Shown: in pieces, positions 25,040 to 32,160 of the stretch
Numbering within the stretch: the first letter of the stretch is position 1
Layout of the letters: every line of letters starts with the position of its first letter
The notes under the pieces: model-generated
The model's input: the letters and a program-made list of their open reading frames with translations, nothing else
The model's database searches: none
Told to the model about the DNA's origin: nothing
Position numbers and translations under genes: made by a program
NCBI GenBank assembly: GCA_043826745.1
Contig: JBDRPV010000052.1
Coordinates: 1-32,160, forward strand
Source: Parcubacteria group bacterium
GTDB lineage: Bacteria > Patescibacteriota > JABMPQ01
Direction of reading: 5' to 3'
Length of the DNA stretch: 32,160 nucleotides

Positions 25040-25061
25040 AAAAAGGCTTACATAAGCCTTA
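25040..25061 (-). terminator. Intrinsic terminator after tRNA-Trp
   Basis: The minus strand reads AAGGCTTatgtAAGCCTT followed by a T-run (A-run 25040-25045 on the plus strand). Confidence 0.7.
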
Positions 25062-25072
25062 ATTTAAACTAC

Positions 25073-25143
25073 AGGGGTGGAGAGAATCGAACTCCCGCCT
25101 CAGGTTTTGGAGACCCAAATTCTACCACTAAACTACACCCCCA
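25073..25143 (-). tRNA. trnW: tRNA-Trp (anticodon CCA), no encoded 3' CCA
   Basis: The reverse strand reads GGGGGTGTAGTTTAGTGGTAGAATTTGGGTCTCCAAAACCTGAGGCGGGAGTTCGATTCTCTCCACCCCTG. It folds as a cloverleaf with a 7-bp acceptor stem (G1-U72), anticodon loop CTCCAAA and T-loop TTCGATT. Hand folded. Confidence 0.85.
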
Positions 25144-25223
25144 AGTACAAAAAACAACCAAGTCACAAACACCAACCCTCCCCCTATCACCTAAAACCTA
25201 TAACCTAACAATCTATCCTCCCC

Positions 25224-25379
25224 CTACTTCGTCTCCTTATGCGCCGTATGTTTGCCACAAAACGGACAGTACTTCATCAGCTCCAGCCGATCTTTGATGT
25301 TCTTTTTATTTTTCCGCGAGTGGTAATTAACATTTTTACACTCGGTGCACTCGAACTTGATCATGCTATCTTGAGACAT
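25224..25379 (-). CDS. rpmG: 50S ribosomal protein L33
   Basis: Too short for the ORF track. My translation is [51 protein letters not shown], showing the L33 zinc-ribbon pattern CxxC...CxxC and the KET tail. Confidence 0.9.
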   Translation of the reverse strand: MSQDSMIKFECTECKNVNYHSRKNKKNIKDRLELMKYCPFCGKHTAHKETK

Positions 25380-25480
25380 GTTTTTATTCTAAATTAATAT
25401 ATTTCGTAAAAACGCTATCCGATCGCGCCTTCACGAGTCTACCCCAGAAACCTTAGCCAAAAACTAACATTTAGGCAAGC

Positions 25481-26761
25481 CTATTTCTCCTGCCAATCTA
25501 ACGTTTTAGGTAAATCCAGCTGTTGTAAAATACGCAAATAATTATCCGCTCGCTCGCTCGCTAAATACCGCTCCAAAACAGCCAATTTTTTATTACGCAA
25601 ATCTAACGCTTGTATTAACGAATAAGACTGCGGCAGACGTTCACCAAAATATATTAACCCGCTATCCTTACCCCAATGCAAGTCATAAAGCATCGCTCCT
25701 CCCTCAGCCGCCCGATGAACCACCAAAGGGTCATCGCCATTACTCTTCATTAACCATAATTCAGCTTTGTTTCTTTGGCCATCTTTATCATGGGTAGCCA
25801 CGTTGAAAACTACGTGCTGACCATTGGGCGACCAAGCAATTTCATACACATCCCCAGGCGCCGTTAACAAATTAGTTACCCCGCCACCTTGTTCAATAAT
25901 ATTAATGTCAGTTGCTACTACCAAATCACCCACTTGCTGCCGATCAATATACAACGCCGTCATCCCGTCTGGCGAAACAGCTAGCGGTTTAACTTGCCAC
26001 ATATCCTGCCAGTCCACCTGATCCCAGCGAAAGGCCGGAAAAGCCGGAGTTACCATCGAGTCACGAGCTTCGTATAATACATAAGAATCGAGGCCTACAT
26101 TTTTCGTAAAGTAAAACCTATCACCCTCAGCTCCCCAAGCCTGATACGGCACCGGATAGAAACCTTCGCTCGGAGCTATAATTTCTTTGGTTATATTATT
26201 TTCCACATTATGGCTCCAATAAGACGCCTGATTTTCGTTAGGTTTAAACTGCTGATAAATAAGATCCTCGCCCGTTGGCGCCAACCACATCCCCCGCACA
26301 CTGTAATCCGACCCGGAAGCAGCTACTATTTTGTCCTGTCCATTGCTGTAATTGTAAGAACGAAGAGCTAGTGTTTCTTTGCCTTTGTTTTTATCTAGCG
26401 CGTAATAGAACAGCTGCTCCTGATCAGCCACTGGCGTAGCAATATTTGAAACATCATGCTTGGTTTCAAGCAAGTAAAACTTGCTCTCATCTGTCCGCAA
26501 GAAATAGAAATCCCCCCAGCTTGCATCTTCTGCTTGGCCACCAAGTGCTTCCCCGATCAACAAAGAAGATGCCTGGCGAGAATTAGTTTTAACTTTCGGC
26601 GGCAAGGATACTGCTAATTCTCCCAACATTGCCTTCTCTTCTACTCGACCCTGATATTCCTGATCAAAATGCTGAAAGCCAACAATAAACAAAACCGCCA
26701 ACACTGCTAAGCTAGTAAATAAAACAAAATTCAAGAAAATAATTTTGATTTTCTTTGACAT
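25481..26761 (-). CDS. Membrane-anchored TolB-like beta-propeller protein (PD40/WD40-like repeats)
   Basis: 426 aa with an N-terminal TM. Repeated segments of the type YEIAWSPNGQHVVF, LAVSPDGMTALY and ELWLMKSNGDDP are typical of TolB/PD40 blades. Confidence 0.5.
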   Translation of the reverse strand: MSKKIKIIFLNFVLFTSLAVLAVLFIVGFQHFDQEYQGRVEEKAMLGELAVSLPPKVKTNSRQASSLLIGEALGGQAEDASWGDFYFLRTDESKFYLLETKHDVSNIATPVADQEQLFYYALDKNKGKETLALRSYNYSNGQDKIVAASGSDYSVRGMWLAPTGEDLIYQQFKPNENQASYWSHNVENNITKEIIAPSEGFYPVPYQAWGAEGDRFYFTKNVGLDSYVLYEARDSMVTPAFPAFRWDQVDWQDMWQVKPLAVSPDGMTALYIDRQQVGDLVVATDINIIEQGGGVTNLLTAPGDVYEIAWSPNGQHVVFNVATHDKDGQRNKAELWLMKSNGDDPLVVHRAAEGGAMLYDLHWGKDSGLIYFGERLPQSYSLIQALDLRNKKLAVLERYLASERADNYLRILQQLDLPKTLDWQEK

Positions 26762-26767
26762 GCCGTT

Positions 26768-26796
26768 AGTATAGCAGGAATGCCACTTCTCCTCAA
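26768..26796 (-). promoter_or_regulatory. Promoter TTGAGG-17 nt-TATACT, with the -10 only 6 nt from the ATG (predicted leaderless transcript)
   Basis: The reverse strand reads TTGAGGagaagtggcattcctgcTATACTaacggcATG. There is no Shine-Dalgarno sequence between the -10 and the start. Confidence 0.45.
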
Positions 26797-26820
26797 ATCT
26801 GATTTTTTATTTTAGTGGAA

Positions 26821-26932
26821 GCTGCCGCCTTAGTGTATTTTGAAAACCGTATTTCGATCGAGTGGGCATGGATCCCCCGACCTGCCTGCCGGGGAAAACT
26901 GACGTGTTTTCAAGATGCATTATGGCAGCAGC
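26821..26932. repeat. Long-hairpin element, copy C (related to copies A and B)
   Basis: About 27-bp outer helix, GCTGCCGCCTTAGTGTATTTTGAAAAC with GTTTTCAAGATGCATTATGGCAGCAGC. It contains 3 G-T wobble positions and 2 mismatches as read on the plus strand. The inner GAAAAC/GTTTTC and CGTGTTTTC segments are shared with A and B. Confidence 0.7.
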
Positions 26933-26955
26933 CTCTGTACCACTGAGAATAAAAA

Positions 26956-27096
26956 ATCTCCACTCATCAAGAACCTTATCTTGGGCACATGTCCCGCACC
27001 GCCCAGCCGAAGCGAGGCAGAATCAAGCTAGTCATATTATACTAGACATAATCTAGTATGGACATTGCTCAACTAAGGTCCTTTATGAGTAGAGAT
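26956..27096. repeat. Long-hairpin element, copy H
   Basis: 20-nt arms ATCTCCACTCATCAAGAACC (26956-26975) and GGTCCTTTATGAGTAGAGAT (27077-27096) pair at 17 of 20 positions. They enclose a GC-rich segment CATGTCCCGCACCGCCCAGCCGAAGCGAGGC and an inner palindrome ATACTAGAcataaTCTAGTAT. Confidence 0.55.
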
Positions 27097-27160
27097 CTCA
27101 TCAGTAGAGGTGAACAACTAATTTATTCACTTTAACTACCTCAATGCAGAATATCATATA

Positions 27161-27189
27161 TTGACTATCTTGTCAATACCTTTTATAAT
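27161..27189 (+). promoter_or_regulatory. Promoter P1: TTGACT-17 nt-TATAAT
   Basis: TTGACT at 27161-27166 and TATAAT at 27184-27189. The -35 is part of the palindrome TTGACtatctTGTCAA. Confidence 0.6.
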
Positions 27190-27198
27190 ATAAACCTC

Positions 27199-27227
27199 TT
27201 GACACAATATAAGACAAATGCTATACT
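27199..27227 (+). promoter_or_regulatory. Promoter P2: TTGACA-17 nt-TATACT
   Basis: TTGACA at 27199-27204 and TATACT at 27222-27227, 48 nt upstream of the ATG at 27275. Confidence 0.65.
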
Positions 27228-27274
27228 GCTCTGATTTAGTGGACTTTCTGGGGCAAGTAGATATAATTTAATTA

Positions 27275-30200
27275 ATGAAAGATCAGATGAAAATTCGCTC
27301 TACGCGAAACAAACGTCGTTTTCCTGACTACTTCTTAGGTAAAGAGGTACCTCTCTTTGTAAAGGGAGTAGCGTTCTTACTGGTAATTGTTGTTGTTTTA
27401 TTTATTATCGACACGATTGGGGTTACCTATAAGCCGACAGTTAATGTCGATGCTTATAACACCCAGCACAACATCTCTCCTGACCTTTACGGCTATAGCG
27501 TTGGTTCTTCTTTCAAATATGATGATTCCTTCGTTTCGGCTACGAAAAATAACGCCCAGTCACTTCGAGTGATGGACGAGTATGAGCCTGGCGCTCGAAT
27601 GTTAGTTAAAGTCGAGGATGGCGCCTACAAAGTATTAGCCTCAGACAATAAACCATATGACCCTAATAAAGAATACCTGGTTAAGATCAAGGTTCAGGGT
27701 AGTAATATGCGAGTCTACGTTGATAATAAAGAAATTTTTAATGTTAATGATGCTAAATTCGGCCAGGGAGAAATTGGCTTAACTTCCAGCCACAACCAAA
27801 ATACCTATTTTGACAATGTAGTGGTCACGGATAGTTCGGGTAGGACTATTCTGTCCGATTATTTCTCTAGTGACTCTGGACAGTGGGATAATGGTGACCT
27901 TCCTAGCTTTTACAGCCAGGGTGATTGGAAAATTGCCGATGGCAAAATGTACCATAGTGGCCGCGAAAGTATAACTTTAAAAAAAGCTGGCAACCATGAC
28001 TGGCGTGATTATACAATCCAAGCCAAAATTAAATCTACCGCTAATAATACCTTCGATGCCGGATACATTGGTTTAGTTGTTCGCTACAATGGGGCTTTAA
28101 ATAATTATCGTTTTCTCTGGCGCTCCCCGACTCGTCAGCCTTATGAATCAAACAATCCCTGGGGAATAGCTGATTTTGATGGTCAACTGCGTTTTGCCCA
28201 AGACAGTAACATGCAGCCGACCATGGTTGTTAACATGCGCGATACTTCGCCGCAAGCTGCCGCCGAGCTGGTACGAAAAATGAACGTTCAGGAAAAACGA
28301 AATATTAAATACTGGGAATTAGGTAATGAAATTTGGGCCTGGAGTGACTCTTATATTGATAACAAGATGTACGCCCAAAAGATTAAGGAATTCTCTAAGG
28401 CAATGAAGGCGGTTGATCCTAATATCAAAATAGGTGCCTCTTTACTATTAGGATTTTCCGATTGGGACGTAGAAGTGATAAAACGTTCGGCACCCTATTT
28501 CGATTTCATCAGTTTTCATTATTATCCATATAATATTCAAAGTGGTATCTCTGATAATCATATTTTGGCTAGTCCTTACGCTTTTGGCTACAATTACCAA
28601 AACAACTATGGCCAAGGCAAGGGAGTAGTGGAAAATGCTTATGATACTATCAAAAAATACGCCCCGGGAAATGAGTCCCGGATTGAGCTGGCAGTGACCG
28701 AGTATAATACTGGTGACGCCAATCAAGGTACTGACTTAATCTACGGTCTGACAACAGCTGATCTTCTCGGCCAAGCCACTACCAAAAAGCGGGTTAAACT
28801 AATGCAATTCCACGCTCTCATGAACGAGAGTCAGTGGCACTGGGGTTCTTATACGGCTGATTACCGCCCCAAACCAACCGCTTTAGCTATCTCTTTATAT
28901 AGTCAACATTTTGGTGACAAATCACTCTCAACTTCGGTTGACAATTCACCCACTTTCTCGGTACCAGCCAAAGGTAACGTCCCCAATCTCAATAATGTTC
29001 CCTATCTGACTTCCTATGCCAGTCGCAGTAGCGATGATAAAACACTCTACCTGGCCGTTGTAAACAAGCACTCCGTGTCTGATATGAGCACCACCGTTAA
29101 AATAGATAATGCTTCGATTGGCGGACAAGCCAAGGTTTATACCATGAACGGTCCTTCGATTCATTCAAACAATAACGAATCGGATCAGGTAAAAATTACT
29201 GAATCATCTATTAGTAACGCTGGCTCTAACTTTAAATATAATTTCCCGGCTCATTCAGTCACTATCCTAGAGCTGAAAATTAATAAGCTTAATAAGCCAG
29301 TTAGAACTTCTCCTTCTACGCCTGATAAGGATGATAATAAGCAACCTAACCCTAACCAAGATGATCAAGATAACAACGACCAAGACGACGCCTGGTATGA
29401 GGAAGTGGAACAGGTTGGTGGCCCTGATGGCTCAGATTCAATTAACGAGACCAAAATCGTTGCTGCTGCCGGTTCCGGAGGTAATCCACATGTTAAGTCG
29501 TTTGATTCCCTAGGTAATCGCAAGCAGGCTAATTTCTTCGCTTACGACGAAAATTTCCGTGGTGGTTCGACTATCGCTTATGGCGATATTGACGGTGATG
29601 GCCAAGCGGAAATAGTAACCGGAGCGGGGGCGGGCGGTGGACCACATATTAGAGCCTTCGAGGAAAATGGGCAAGAAATTGCTAACTTTTTTCCTTTTCA
29701 CGAAAGCTTTCGCGGTGGTATTAACGTTGCCACTGGCGATACTGATGGTGACGGCCGGGACGAAATTGCCGTCGCGCAGGCCTCTCAGGGTGAAGCTTGG
29801 ATCAAAGTCTATCAAGCTGATCAAGCCCGCACAGTCGTTGGCGAATGGAACGCTTTTGGCTCAGTTGAGTCGGGAGCTGATATAGCTATGGGCGATGTTG
29901 ATGGTGACGGTAAAGACGAAGTTATTGTCGGCGCTGGTTATGGTGGTGGACCACATGTTAGAATATATGAAGCCGACGGACGTCTAAAACCATTATCCTT
30001 TTTTGCTTTTCACCCTGCCTACCGCGGCGGATTATCAGTTGCCGCTGGTGATGTCGATGGTGATGGTAAAGACGAAATCGGTGTAGCGCAAGTCGGCCAA
30101 GAGGAAGCTTGGACAAAAATATATCGCTTTAATAACCAACACACCGTCGTTGGAGAATGGCGTGTTTATGGTGACATTCCGGTTGGTGCTAATATCGCCC

Positions 30201-30367
30201 TGGGAGATATCGATGATGACGGTAAGGCAGAATTAGTAGCTGGTCCCGGCTTAGGCGGGCGACCAATGGTAGTGATGTATGAAGTAGATGGCGAAAAATT
30301 GCCAGTCGGTTTTTACGTATTTAGTGAAGAATTTTATGGTGGGTTGGATGTGGCGGTGAAGGGATAA
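27275..30367 (+). CDS. Large membrane-anchored surface protein: two LamG/DUF1080-like modules, a clan GH-A glycoside hydrolase, a beta-sandwich, an acidic linker and an FG-GAP beta-propeller
   Basis: 1030 aa with an N-terminal TM. MRVYVDNKEIFNVNDAKFGQGEIGLTSS..YFDNVVV and GYIGLVVRY..YRFLW are concanavalin/DUF1080-like. YWELGNEIW and LAVTEYN are candidate acid/base and nucleophile Glu contexts. Five GD(I/T/V)D(G/D)DG(K/Q/R)(A/D)E FG-GAP/Ca-binding-like loops occur between residues ~750 and 1030. Confidence 0.75.
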   Translation: MKDQMKIRSTRNKRRFPDYFLGKEVPLFVKGVAFLLVIVVVLFIIDTIGVTYKPTVNVDAYNTQHNISPDLYGYSVGSSFKYDDSFVSATKNNAQSLRVMDEYEPGARMLVKVEDGAYKVLASDNKPYDPNKEYLVKIKVQGSNMRVYVDNKEIFNVNDAKFGQGEIGLTSSHNQNTYFDNVVVTDSSGRTILSDYFSSDSGQWDNGDLPSFYSQGDWKIADGKMYHSGRESITLKKAGNHDWRDYTIQAKIKSTANNTFDAGYIGLVVRYNGALNNYRFLWRSPTRQPYESNNPWGIADFDGQLRFAQDSNMQPTMVVNMRDTSPQAAAELVRKMNVQEKRNIKYWELGNEIWAWSDSYIDNKMYAQKIKEFSKAMKAVDPNIKIGASLLLGFSDWDVEVIKRSAPYFDFISFHYYPYNIQSGISDNHILASPYAFGYNYQNNYGQGKGVVENAYDTIKKYAPGNESRIELAVTEYNTGDANQGTDLIYGLTTADLLGQATTKKRVKLMQFHALMNESQWHWGSYTADYRPKPTALAISLYSQHFGDKSLSTSVDNSPTFSVPAKGNVPNLNNVPYLTSYASRSSDDKTLYLAVVNKHSVSDMSTTVKIDNASIGGQAKVYTMNGPSIHSNNNESDQVKITESSISNAGSNFKYNFPAHSVTILELKINKLNKPVRTSPSTPDKDDNKQPNPNQDDQDNNDQDDAWYEEVEQVGGPDGSDSINETKIVAAAGSGGNPHVKSFDSLGNRKQANFFAYDENFRGGSTIAYGDIDGDGQAEIVTGAGAGGGPHIRAFEENGQEIANFFPFHESFRGGINVATGDTDGDGRDEIAVAQASQGEAWIKVYQADQARTVVGEWNAFGSVESGADIAMGDVDGDGKDEVIVGAGYGGGPHVRIYEADGRLKPLSFFAFHPAYRGGLSVAAGDVDGDGKDEIGVAQVGQEEAWTKIYRFNNQHTVVGEWRVYGDIPVGANIALGDIDDDGKAELVAGPGLGGRPMVVMYEVDGEKLPVGFYVFSEEFYGGLDVAVKG

Positions 30368-30517
30368 GTGGTCATTCAGTCTATCACGAAGACACGACTG
30401 TTTTTCCCAGCGAGAAAAACAGTCTCGGGTTTTGACCTCGCTCTCTCCCGATCAGAATCGGGAGAACCATGCCCGCTCGGCCAAAACACGGTCTTCTTAG
30501 ACAGACCGAATGACCAC
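30368..30517. repeat. Long-hairpin element, copy D, starting on the nucleotide after the stop codon of the 1030-aa gene
   Basis: Outer arms GTGGTCATTC (30368-30377) and GAATGACCAC (30508-30517) are complementary, and the arms extend further with two A/C positions. The internal module at 30436-30474 matches 14497-14535 with 2 substitutions and 1 indel. Confidence 0.8.
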
Positions 30518-30522
30518 TTGAT

Positions 30523-30549
30523 AAAAAGGGGTTTAGAGACCTCTTTTTT
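30523..30549. terminator. Bidirectional intrinsic terminator shared by the convergent 1030-aa gene and the GT4 gene
   Basis: AAAAA-GGGGT-ttagag-ACCTC-TTTTTT. The T-run overlaps the GT4 stop codon (30548-30550). Confidence 0.6.
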
Positions 30550-31759
30550 AAATACCACGATATATTTCCATTATAGAGTCATAATACTTCTCCGGCGTAA
30601 ACTCGCGGGCAACGTAGCGACGAGCCCTCTCTCCTATTTTCTCTAAACTAGCCTGATCGGCCAGTGCTTGTTTAATTTTATCAGCCAATTCATCAACATC
30701 TCCAGCCTCAAACAAATACCCAGTCTCCCCTTCCTTAACTACCTCTGGTAACGCTCCGATACGTGAGGCAATTACTGGTTTACCCTGAGCGTAGGCTTCG
30801 GTGATTGACAAGCCAAAAGTCTCATACGACTCGGAAGGCACCACTATTAAACTAGCGCCCGCAATAGCCCGTTGCAGCTCCCCACCAGTCAGAAATCCCA
30901 TAAATTCTACCTGATCCAAGCTCAGCTTCTCTTTTTGTGTCCATAAATCATTCTCCAGAGGACCATTACCAGCAATTTTCAACTTAACCCCTCCAACCTG
31001 AGCCATCGCTTGGAGCAGAGTTGCTACTCCCTTTTCCCGTGATAACCGACCCAGATATAAGATATAATCACCACTGTACTGAGGCTCTATTGTTTGACAG
31101 TCAATAAAATGCGGCACAACCACTAATTTCTCTTTAGGAAAACCAAACTCAACTAGTTTATCGCGCAGAAAAACGCTAGGACAAATAAACTTATCAACAT
31201 TATTTTTATAAATCCGCAGCAAACGATGAATATACATCTCTGTCATATTCACCAAGCTGGCTCCATAAGAATCTTTGACACAACGACGCCGCACGCAATT
31301 ATAGTACCGATACCTCTTACACTTTTCACATACCTCTCCCTGTGAATAAAAAAGATAAGCGGGGCACATTAATTTAAAATCATGAACGGTCATTACAATC
31401 GGCACGCCCCTTTTCTTTAAGGCTGATAAAATAGAAGGAGACAACTGATGGTAGATATTGTGGACATGAGCAATGTCGGGTTTAGTTTTTTCCACCAAAG
31501 CCGCTATTTTCCGCTTAGCCTCCAACGAATAAATTATCCGGCTAGCCGTCTTGAGCTTATGAGAAGTCGAGCTTGGATCGGCAATGTCAACGTTGCTGAC
31601 AAAATACTGACTGTAGCGAGAAGTTTTATTTCTCCGATCAGCCATAGTAAAGGGTATCACTTCATGTCCTCTTTTCTCCAGCAATTCTCCCAAATCAAAA
31701 TAATGACGCTCTGCTCCGCCTTTTAGATAATGGAATTTATTGGCTAGTAAAATTTTCAT
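30548..31759 (-). CDS. Glycosyltransferase family 4 (GT-B, retaining)
   Basis: 403 aa. The C-terminal domain has LGRLSREKG, PSESYETFGLSITEAYAQGKPVIAS and EGETGYLF (E-x7-E region). Confidence 0.85.
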   Translation of the reverse strand: MKILLANKFHYLKGGAERHYFDLGELLEKRGHEVIPFTMADRRNKTSRYSQYFVSNVDIADPSSTSHKLKTASRIIYSLEAKRKIAALVEKTKPDIAHVHNIYHQLSPSILSALKKRGVPIVMTVHDFKLMCPAYLFYSQGEVCEKCKRYRYYNCVRRRCVKDSYGASLVNMTEMYIHRLLRIYKNNVDKFICPSVFLRDKLVEFGFPKEKLVVVPHFIDCQTIEPQYSGDYILYLGRLSREKGVATLLQAMAQVGGVKLKIAGNGPLENDLWTQKEKLSLDQVEFMGFLTGGELQRAIAGASLIVVPSESYETFGLSITEAYAQGKPVIASRIGALPEVVKEGETGYLFEAGDVDELADKIKQALADQASLEKIGERARRYVAREFTPEKYYDSIMEIYRGI

Positions 31760-31776
31760 TGGGTTGAATAATGTTG

Positions 31777-32160
31777 TTACTTATAGACAACTACCAAGAG
31801 GTTACGAACGAATACTTTGACCAGCCAAGCAAGATACTTTTCCATAAAAATAATCAAATGACTGGGCAGCCACAACTTAAAACCAAACTGTCCCAGATAT
31901 GTCCTCGCTCGTCGGAATCCCGCAGACTCCGTCAAATCCAACAATTCTCGGTAAGTATACTCTTTGAGATGTAAGCCAGTTGCTTCTTTACTAAAATCCT
32001 TAGACACGTCATGAGGACCACTAAAACGATGCGGGGTGCGGATAATATAATAACAGCCATCTTTTAAAAAGTTCTTTAATGCCTCTAAATGAAACTTAAC
32101 ATCATCGGGATTAAGATGCTCTAACAACTGAAAAGAAAGTGATTTATAAAATTTATATGA
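31777..32160 (-). CDS. Class I SAM-dependent methyltransferase, C-terminal part. The frame stays open to the right window edge.
   Basis: LLEHLNPDD..LKNFLKDGCYYIIRTP is the typical post-motif-II/III region of Methyltransf_11/23-type enzymes. The frame upstream of the track start (a TTG) stays open to 32160 (SYKFYKSLSFQ...). Confidence 0.6.
   Translation of the reverse strand, partial: SYKFYKSLSFQLLEHLNPDDVKFHLEALKNFLKDGCYYIIRTPHRFSGPHDVSKDFSKEATGLHLKEYTYRELLDLTESAGFRRARTYLGQFGFKLWLPSHLIIFMEKYLAWLVKVFVRNLLVVVYK

Noticed and set aside
26862-27056. Short ORFs lying in hairpin elements: 26862-27056 (+), 30368-30646 (+), 30376-30558 (-) and 11424-11615 (+).
   Set aside because: Each is a translation through palindromic repeat DNA, with alternative start codons, no SD and no recognisable protein features. 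The repeat structure explains the sequence better.

Overview
The window is about 40% GC and gene-dense. Its gene style resembles a small-genome uncultivated bacterium such as CPR/Patescibacteria, but that is inference only. The left third carries housekeeping and cell-envelope genes: ftsA (partial), dgkA, ybeY, rpsU, hisS, lepB, an LCP-family gene, der, pth, mltG and a manC-like gene. The centre (9.6-18.05 kb) is a single-strand array encoding every MEP isoprenoid pathway step plus UppS, in the order ispH-dxr-ispDF-ispE-ispG-uppS-dxs. The right half holds an isolated GC-rich orphan gene, a GT39-like membrane glycosyltransferase, and a very AT-rich block (Cys-rich HExxH protein, DUF3781-like protein, MFS transporter). 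It continues with tRNA-Trp, rpmG, a TolB-like beta-propeller protein, a 1030-aa multidomain surface glycosidase/FG-GAP protein, a GT4 glycosyltransferase and a partial methyltransferase. Three things are not explained by ordinary annotation. (1) A family of GC-rich long-hairpin elements (at least 8 copies) fills the intercistronic spacers of the MEP array and three other intergenic sites. They share internal modules, include one 70-bp perfectly identical inverted pair, have copy-specific but still complementary outer stems, and sit at a regular distance from stop and start codons. (2) A 514-aa ORF of clearly foreign GC content (18249-19793) has its own consensus promoter and a strong terminator, only weak DHH/MYG1-like motifs, and a hairpin-dense Cys-rich 3' tail. 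(3) A multi-stem RNA-like structure of about 230 nt lies between the convergent pth and mltG genes. I saw no CRISPR array, transposase, integrase or rRNA. All homology calls come from motif recognition by eye, and no searches were run.
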